64,000 bases of DNA from a virus (lineage: Duplodnaviria > Caudoviricetes): IMG/VR virus record IMGVR_UViG_3300033075_001021. The stretch is one strand, 5' to 3'. The translations under genes were made by a program, and so were the position numbers. Below the pieces are notes generated by a model that saw only the letters and a program-made list of their open reading frames with translations, was not told the DNA's origin and ran no database searches. This document shows positions 57,939-64,000 of the stretch, in pieces (position 1 is the stretch's first letter; each line of letters begins with the position of its first letter).

Positions 57939-60900
57939 TTATGCTATGTTTATTATCATTTGACCTTCAATACGTCTAGCCGTTGCATTTGTCCATGCTG
58001 AAAAGTTAGTATCATTCGCACCATTCGCCACTTCAACAACGTTAGTACCAGCTACTATACGCCATAACATTGTGGCTTGTGTTGTACTATTTACACCATG
58101 AATTATACCACGTTGTTCACCAGCCCAAGAACTAGCATTAAACGGTAGCGTAAATGATGTTGTTGTACCAGAACTATTTGGTGACGCACATCTGAAATCA
58201 AATTGTACAAACATGGTTTTACCCATAACCATATATTGGATTTGTTTAGTTGTTAAACTAGTTAAACCTGTTATACCAACAATAGCACTGTAATCAGTCC
58301 AACCCGTAAAATCAGACCTTGTAATTGTAGTAGTACCACCAGTATTGTTATTAAGGACAACCTGTGAAGTTGAATACGTACCACCAGTTGTTACCACATC
58401 TGTTATACCCGTAACAGTAAAGGTACCACCAGTATTATTTGTTAATGATAACGTTCTTGTGCTTTGATTAAATGTACCACCAGTTGTTACCACATCTGTT
58501 ATACCCGTAACAGTAAAGGTACCACCAGTATTATTCGTTAAAGTAAGTATACCAGATGATTTAGTATACGTACCACCAGTTGTAAATATATCCGTTGGTA
58601 AATTTTGATATGTAGTAGCACTTATTGTTGTACCGTTAATAAATTTATTTCCATTAACCCATAAACCAGTATTATCAATTTTCATTACTTCAGTTCTATT
58701 TGTAGAACCAGATGTTGTTGAATTAAATGATAAATAAGTACCCTGATTAGTCGATGACCAGTTTTCAGAAGCTATTAATGATATATTGGCTTTACTTGTT
58801 GAGGTAAATCCTGTTCCAAAGTAACCTCTACCACCAAATACACCGATTGTGTCTCCACTTTGTATAGCTGAAGGTGTTGTTGATGTACCTCTTGATTTAT
58901 AAGAAATAAATCCAGCGGAATTAGTATCGTTAGCATAACGATATAATGATATTTCATGTCCACTTGTGATACCTGTTATTGTGTATGAATTTGCTGTTAT
59001 GCTTGTTGCACTAAGACTAATAAATTTACCAAACCCATTACCGTCAATACTTGAAGTCGTTACATTCGAACCATTTTGACCTTCAAATATATTATCAGTA
59101 TCGGCAGTTGACCCCCTTTGAATTGTTAATGCCCCTCTAGCACTATCTGTTATAATTTCTGGTGTGTTAGAATTATCATAAGTCTGTTGTAATGTCAACG
59201 TACTAACCCCAATAGAACCAGCTAACGATTCACCAAATTTAGAAACAGGTAAAAATATTGCGTTTGTACTATTTGAAAGGTCCGTACAACCCTTTGTTAC
59301 TGATAATATACCAATGAGAATAGCCGCAGCAGATACATTTGAATATTGTGTGAATGTTTCAGTTGTGTGTGCCGCAATAGCATTGGACAATGATGTGTAA
59401 ATAGTTTGACCATATTGTACAATAACATTACCATTTGGAAATAAATAAATACGTTGATTTGTCGCTGCATTACTTGAGCCAGGAATTGTAGTAATCACAC
59501 CACCAACATCATATTTTGTTGGGTCGATATCAGTAATAGTTGTACCAGTACCACCTGTTTGTGTTCTATATTTAAAGGATACTGGCGTTGCAGATGGTGT
59601 ATTTACCTTATTAGGGTTACTGAAATCATTTCTAGCATTGACACCTAAACCAAATAAATAACCATTAGCCTTGTTAAATTTAAGATTAGCTCCATTTGGT
59701 GATAACCCATTACCAGTATTAATAAGATGAAGTTCGGAAATAACATCAAGAACCTTGGCGTTCGCACCCTCATACGTAGTAGTAAACGAATTAACATTAC
59801 CAATACTTGTTAAATTGGTGTGCCCAAGTTGTCCAAGTAAAATAATTTGTCTTCGTTGACTATTTGTTGGTTCAGTTGAATATTGTACTAACGTACCAGT
59901 TTTATCAATACCAATATAAGATAATGTTGACGATGAAAGATATGTTAGAGTAACCCCTGTTTGTGCAGAAATACTTACAGGATAAAGCGTTGGTTGTCCT
60001 GGGGTTGTCCACCAATCAACAATATATCCAACACCACTTGTTATATTAAATGTTGCAGTATTAGCACTATTAATTGTTATAACAGCACCAGAAATAAGAC
60101 CGCTAGCAAAATCTCTAGTCAAAACCGATATTAAACTATTACCACTAATTGTATTTGCAATTGTGTTACCTGTAGCTGCTGAAAGAGCTATAAATGTTCC
60201 ACTTGAATTTATTCCAGCTAAAGCCGATGAGGTACCAGAAAGTGCATTTACGGTAACATTTGTTGTTGCTGTAATACCTGTAAACGTCTCAATTCTGGTC
60301 GATACTGTTCCACCAGTACTATTTGTTAAGGTTAATGAATTATTTGTAAACGTACCACCAGTAATCAAGACATTTGAACCGCTTGTTGTACCAGTTGTAA
60401 AACCAGTTACTGTAACTGTACCGCCAGTACTATTTGTTAAAGTCAATGTACCGTTTGAATATGTACCACCAGTAATTAAAATACTTGTACCACTTGTTGA
60501 GCCGCTTGTTGTACCAGTTGTAAAACCAGCTATACTAACAGTACCACCAGTACTATTAACCAACGATAATGTACCATTCGAATATGTACCGCCAGTAATA
60601 AATTGACCAGTTACGGCTGAAACAGCCATCGTATGCACAATACCACTAACATCAACATTTAATAGCGTGTTATTAACCTCATTAATAAGACCCTGTACCC
60701 TTAATGGGTCGGTTGCAGCTGATATATGCAACTTATTAGTTGGTGAACCTGTAATACCAATACCTGTGTTATCCCCAGCACTATTAAGTAAGTTATTACC
60801 TGTAGTATTTTCAAATGCAATGTTGGTTCCTTTTAATGTTTGACTAAATGTTGGGTTATAGTAAAATCCACGTATAGTTGATGTGTTTGCTGATGCTTGG

Positions 60901-62795
60901 TCAAAGTTTGGATTGATGTTAAATATATTAACAACACCACTACCTGATGAATGTAAGCTTCTAAAGCTGACACCAAAACCTGATTTAGTACCTGATGTAT
61001 TTGATACATCACCCAAATACAACATTGCTTCTGTTGTACCTGTTGTGTTGTTTCCACCAGCTGTACCAAATGCAACCCTTGTTGTACCAGCACCACCCAA
61101 AAACAACATATTGTTGGCATATAATCTATATTCAGATAATCCCTGTGGATTATAAGAGAATACAGATTGACCACCAAAGAACCTTGTACTATGTGTAGTA
61201 TTCTGTCCTAGTTGAACACTACCACCCACATCTAATTTATATGATGGATTTAACCCAATACCAACGTTAGTACCATCATCAATAATTTGACTATCTGTTA
61301 ATCCAGTTGAACCAGACCACTTAGGTACATAATTGGTTGTACCACTACCAGCAATTATACCATTCTGAAAACCACTGATAGTAACCGTACCACCTGTGTT
61401 ATTCACAATTGATAATGTACCAGCACTATATGTACCACCAGTAATAAAGCTATCTGTTATACCAGTTACCGTAACCGTACCACCAGTATTATTAACTAAA
61501 GACAATACCCTAGTGTTCTGGTTAAATGTACCACCAGTTATTGTTGTATCAGTAAATGTTTGACCAGTTAAGAAACCACCAACACTAAATGTACCACCTG
61601 TGTTATTTACAAATGTAGCTGTTCCGTTACTGTATGTACCACCCGTAACAAAGGTATCTGTAACACCTGTTAAGAATCCACTTATGTTGATACTATTACC
61701 ACTTGAATTAATCAATGATAATATACCAGTAGTTTGGTTATACGTACCACCCGTAATAATACTTGGATTGAACGTATATGTTGTACCAAGATTATCCTCA
61801 AGTGTAATCTGATACAGAGTTGTAAACACATCTTGAATATATGTATTAGGTACACCTGCGTTAAAACCACTTACATTAAATGTACCACCTGTTGTATTTG
61901 TAAAAGTTGCAATACCATTGGTTGGATTATATGTACCACCAGTAACAAATACATCTGTTATACCAGTTATGGTAATAGTACCACCAGTATTATTTGTTAA
62001 TGATAATATTCCAGATGATTTGGTATACGTACCACCAGTGATTGATTCAGGTGTAAATATTTCTGTACCACCAGTACTATTAAATAATAATAAAGAATTA
62101 CCGTTTTGACTTGACCCTGTTAATCGATATGTGTTAATACCTGTTAATTGACTACCATCACCATAAAATGTTGTTGCGGAAATAGTAGTTGCACTAATTG
62201 AATCTGCAATTAAATTCCCAATTGTTAAACCTGTAAAATAATTGATGTACGTATTAAGATTAACACCATCATTTCTAGTAATAATTATTTGATTATTTGA
62301 AAATGTAAGACCTGTTGTATATATATCCTCTGTTGAAAATGATGATAAATCTAGTGTATATGCGGATAAAGCATCGGTTCGATTAAAGTATACTGTTTTC
62401 CCAACAAGAGTAGTTCCTGTTGTATAATAATCCGTAAAACCTGTTACAATAATAGTACTACCATTACTGTTATATAAAGTTAACGTATCGACGTTATTAT
62501 CGAATGTGCCACCAGTTAAATATATATCTCTTGATGAGAATATATCTAATAGATTTGTACCACCACTATAATATGTTGAGGCATAAATCGTGTCAGCCGT
62601 AATTGCGTTGTTTGTATATAAATTACCATCAAAGGTTATAACACCAGTACCCATAAAAATCTTGGTGTCACCTGAACAACCAATAATACTATTTGTGTAA
62701 ACAGCTGTACATGCGCTAATTACTTCTCGATTAACGACTGTTGGTTCAATGATAAAAGTCTCATTAATATTTGTTTGATTATCTAAACAGCTCAT
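57939..62795 (-). CDS. Long tail fibre with TGGT repeats and a C-terminal receptor-binding-like domain
   Basis: 1618 aa. Many TGGT(Y/F)...L.L.N.TGGT.T(V/I).G repeats, the fibre motif NYVPKWSG...DSQIIDDGTNVGIG, and C-terminal WTDY...YMVMGKTMFV...FTLPF. Confidence 0.75.
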   Translation of the reverse strand: MSCLDNQTNINETFIIEPTVVNREVISACTAVYTNSIIGCSGDTKIFMGTGVITFDGNLYTNNAITADTIYASTYYSGGTNLLDIFSSRDIYLTGGTFDNNVDTLTLYNSNGSTIIVTGFTDYYTTGTTLVGKTVYFNRTDALSAYTLDLSSFSTEDIYTTGLTFSNNQIIITRNDGVNLNTYINYFTGLTIGNLIADSISATTISATTFYGDGSQLTGINTYRLTGSSQNGNSLLLFNSTGGTEIFTPESITGGTYTKSSGILSLTNNTGGTITITGITDVFVTGGTYNPTNGIATFTNTTGGTFNVSGFNAGVPNTYIQDVFTTLYQITLEDNLGTTYTFNPSIITGGTYNQTTGILSLINSSGNSINISGFLTGVTDTFVTGGTYSNGTATFVNNTGGTFSVGGFLTGQTFTDTTITGGTFNQNTRVLSLVNNTGGTVTVTGITDSFITGGTYSAGTLSIVNNTGGTVTISGFQNGIIAGSGTTNYVPKWSGSTGLTDSQIIDDGTNVGIGLNPSYKLDVGGSVQLGQNTTHSTRFFGGQSVFSYNPQGLSEYRLYANNMLFLGGAGTTRVAFGTAGGNNTTGTTEAMLYLGDVSNTSGTKSGFGVSFRSLHSSGSGVVNIFNINPNFDQASANTSTIRGFYYNPTFSQTLKGTNIAFENTTGNNLLNSAGDNTGIGITGSPTNKLHISAATDPLRVQGLINEVNNTLLNVDVSGIVHTMAVSAVTGQFITGGTYSNGTLSLVNSTGGTVSIAGFTTGTTSGSTSGTSILITGGTYSNGTLTLTNSTGGTVTVTGFTTGTTSGSNVLITGGTFTNNSLTLTNSTGGTVSTRIETFTGITATTNVTVNALSGTSSALAGINSSGTFIALSAATGNTIANTISGNSLISVLTRDFASGLISGAVITINSANTATFNITSGVGYIVDWWTTPGQPTLYPVSISAQTGVTLTYLSSSTLSYIGIDKTGTLVQYSTEPTNSQRRQIILLGQLGHTNLTSIGNVNSFTTTYEGANAKVLDVISELHLINTGNGLSPNGANLKFNKANGYLFGLGVNARNDFSNPNKVNTPSATPVSFKYRTQTGGTGTTITDIDPTKYDVGGVITTIPGSSNAATNQRIYLFPNGNVIVQYGQTIYTSLSNAIAAHTTETFTQYSNVSAAAILIGILSVTKGCTDLSNSTNAIFLPVSKFGESLAGSIGVSTLTLQQTYDNSNTPEIITDSARGALTIQRGSTADTDNIFEGQNGSNVTTSSIDGNGFGKFISLSATSITANSYTITGITSGHEISLYRYANDTNSAGFISYKSRGTSTTPSAIQSGDTIGVFGGRGYFGTGFTSTSKANISLIASENWSSTNQGTYLSFNSTTSGSTNRTEVMKIDNTGLWVNGNKFINGTTISATTYQNLPTDIFTTGGTYTKSSGILTLTNNTGGTFTVTGITDVVTTGGTFNQSTRTLSLTNNTGGTFTVTGITDVVTTGGTYSTSQVVLNNNTGGTTTITRSDFTGWTDYSAIVGITGLTSLTTKQIQYMVMGKTMFVQFDFRCASPNSSGTTTSFTLPFNASSWAGEQRGIIHGVNSTTQATMLWRIVAGTNVVEVANGANDTNFSAWTNATARRIEGQMIINIA
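58378..58535. repeat. 62-bp exact direct repeat (96-bp period) within the fibre gene
   Basis: 58378-58439 is identical to 58474-58535. Confidence 0.9.
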
Positions 62796-63844
62796 ATTGT
62801 TATACCAATTAGTTTAAATTTACTTGTTACCGTGTTTGACTTATATATTTTTATTGTCACTTGGTCGTTAGGGTTCATTATTATTGGGGTGTTTAAGACG
62901 GTGCCATCAAATACCCCCACTCCATTGATTGAAATTACAATCCTATTTGTGTTTTCGATATCCGTTAATCGTGTAAAACTAACACCATATTTTGCTGTAA
63001 ACGTAAATTCTGGCTCAGAATATGGTTTAAATATAAACGTATAAATTGCACTATTTCCATCAACATTAGAATCAAAAATTATGTTATTAAAAACTTTACT
63101 ATCATCCAATTCAATAAAAGCATATGTTCTATTGATTGTTGGAACAACCTCATAATCAGCCTCATCTAAGATATAACCCATCAATCTCATTTCATATAGT
63201 TGAATATAGAATCTTCTACTATCTAAATCCTCAATATTACTTTCATCGCTAATTGTTTCTAACATAATTGGCATCGGATGTCCCTTTACGTTGATATAGG
63301 CTTGCATTGCATTAAAAGTCTTGTGAATTAAAGTATTTAACTTATTCAAATCCCTCATTTTTTTTGTAAAAATTCTAACTTCGTAGTTAATGTCAACCGA
63401 TGTTGGTTGTGGGATTTTATACAAATCAATACCAGACCTTATTCCATCAAATGTTGGAACTTTCATGTAGGTGTATGTTTTATTACCAGGTATATTGTAA
63501 TTTCCCGCTTGGTTTTGACCAACTTGAATATCTGGTTTTCTAACAATAGTAATTACTGGTAATTGAACATTTTTGTATTTATCACTATGCTGCCAAGTTT
63601 TTGAGAACTCTGACCATCTTTGAAGTGTCATGAATAAAACAGGAACTTTTTGCCCATCTACGGTAATTGATAAATCTTTATTCACAAATTCAACAAATGC
63701 CTCATCCATATCTTCTTCAGAAACACCTCTAGGTAAAAAGGTTCCCTTATTGGTTATACCATCAAGAATCTCTTGTCTTCTTTCAGGCCCAATTTTACTA
63801 GGGTTTATATTAATGTTGTTTCTAAAGCCTTTAGGTACTGCCAT
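62792..63844 (-). CDS. Tail terminator / sheath stabiliser (T4 gp15-like)
   Basis: VPVLF...QRW, LPVITIVR and PTSVDINYEVRIFTKKMRDLN; position next to the neck gene. Confidence 0.65.
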   Translation of the reverse strand: MAVPKGFRNNININPSKIGPERRQEILDGITNKGTFLPRGVSEEDMDEAFVEFVNKDLSITVDGQKVPVLFMTLQRWSEFSKTWQHSDKYKNVQLPVITIVRKPDIQVGQNQAGNYNIPGNKTYTYMKVPTFDGIRSGIDLYKIPQPTSVDINYEVRIFTKKMRDLNKLNTLIHKTFNAMQAYINVKGHPMPIMLETISDESNIEDLDSRRFYIQLYEMRLMGYILDEADYEVVPTINRTYAFIELDDSKVFNNIIFDSNVDGNSAIYTFIFKPYSEPEFTFTAKYGVSFTRLTDIENTNRIVISINGVGVFDGTVLNTPIIMNPNDQVTIKIYKSNTVTSKFKLIGITI

Positions 63845-63854
63845 GATTTAAAAT

Positions 63855-64000
63855 TTAGACACCACGAAATTCTGATGAATCAGTTGGGGCACATTGAATT
63901 GTTCTAAATGCACCCTTATATCCCATGATTGTATGTTTGTTATCAAAATTCATTATTCCATCGTTTGTTACAACGTAATATCTTATTTCGGTTTCTGTGA
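63855..64000 (-). CDS. C-terminal end of a probable neck / head-closure protein (partial)
   Basis: Manual translation ...TETEIRYYVVTNDGIMNFDNKHTIMGYKGAFRTIQCAPTDSSEFRGV*; product call rests on position only. Confidence 0.5.
   Translation of the reverse strand, partial: TETEIRYYVVTNDGIMNFDNKHTIMGYKGAFRTIQCAPTDSSEFRGV

Noticed and set aside
58378-62050. Direct repeats as a CRISPR array
   Set aside because: The repeats are in-frame, degenerate coding repeats of the fibre protein, with no constant repeat-spacer structure.
1-64000. Stop-codon reassignment (alternative genetic code)
   Set aside because: Code 11 gives full-length, densely packed genes, and TAG is used as a genuine stop (for example at 33983 and 40321).
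1-64000. tRNA or rRNA genes, integrase, transposase
   Set aside because: Intergenic gaps are short and AT-rich with no cloverleaf motifs seen, and no such protein motifs were recognised.

Overview
This is a 64-kb AT-rich segment of a large lytic myovirus (T4-superfamily or jumbo-type phage). The host is most likely Bacteroidota: there are TAnnTTTG/TTTG host promoters, A-rich start regions without Shine-Dalgarno sequences, and SprB-like repeats. Almost all genes are on the minus strand. Reading in the direction of transcription (right to left), the window carries neck and tail-terminator genes, a 1618-aa repeat-rich tail fibre, the tail sheath, a putative internal/ejection protein, two tail-tube paralogues, a tail assembly chaperone with a probable programmed frameshift, the tape measure protein, baseplate hub proteins with OmpA-like and lysozyme domains, a replication block (gp32-like SSB, UvsX/RecA, 5'-3' exonuclease, DnaB/gp41 helicase, class II RNR), baseplate wedge and Cys-rich fibre proteins, a RuvC-like resolvase and the 5' part of the primase. 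Two free-standing HNH endonuclease genes are inserted. The most notable observations are: (1) a [S/T]-[G/A]-x-T motif that is dense in many virion proteins and sparse in the enzymes, a candidate virion-modification sequon; (2) an orientation-specific ATATTTAT candidate late promoter, the reverse complement of the T4 late box; (3) a +1/-2 slippery site in the tail chaperone; (4) an orphan ~100-nt transcription unit bounded by a promoter and a terminator; (5) a duplicated Cys-bracketed PA14-like module and host-like SprB and OmpA domains in virion proteins. All product calls come from recognising motifs by eye; no database searches were run.
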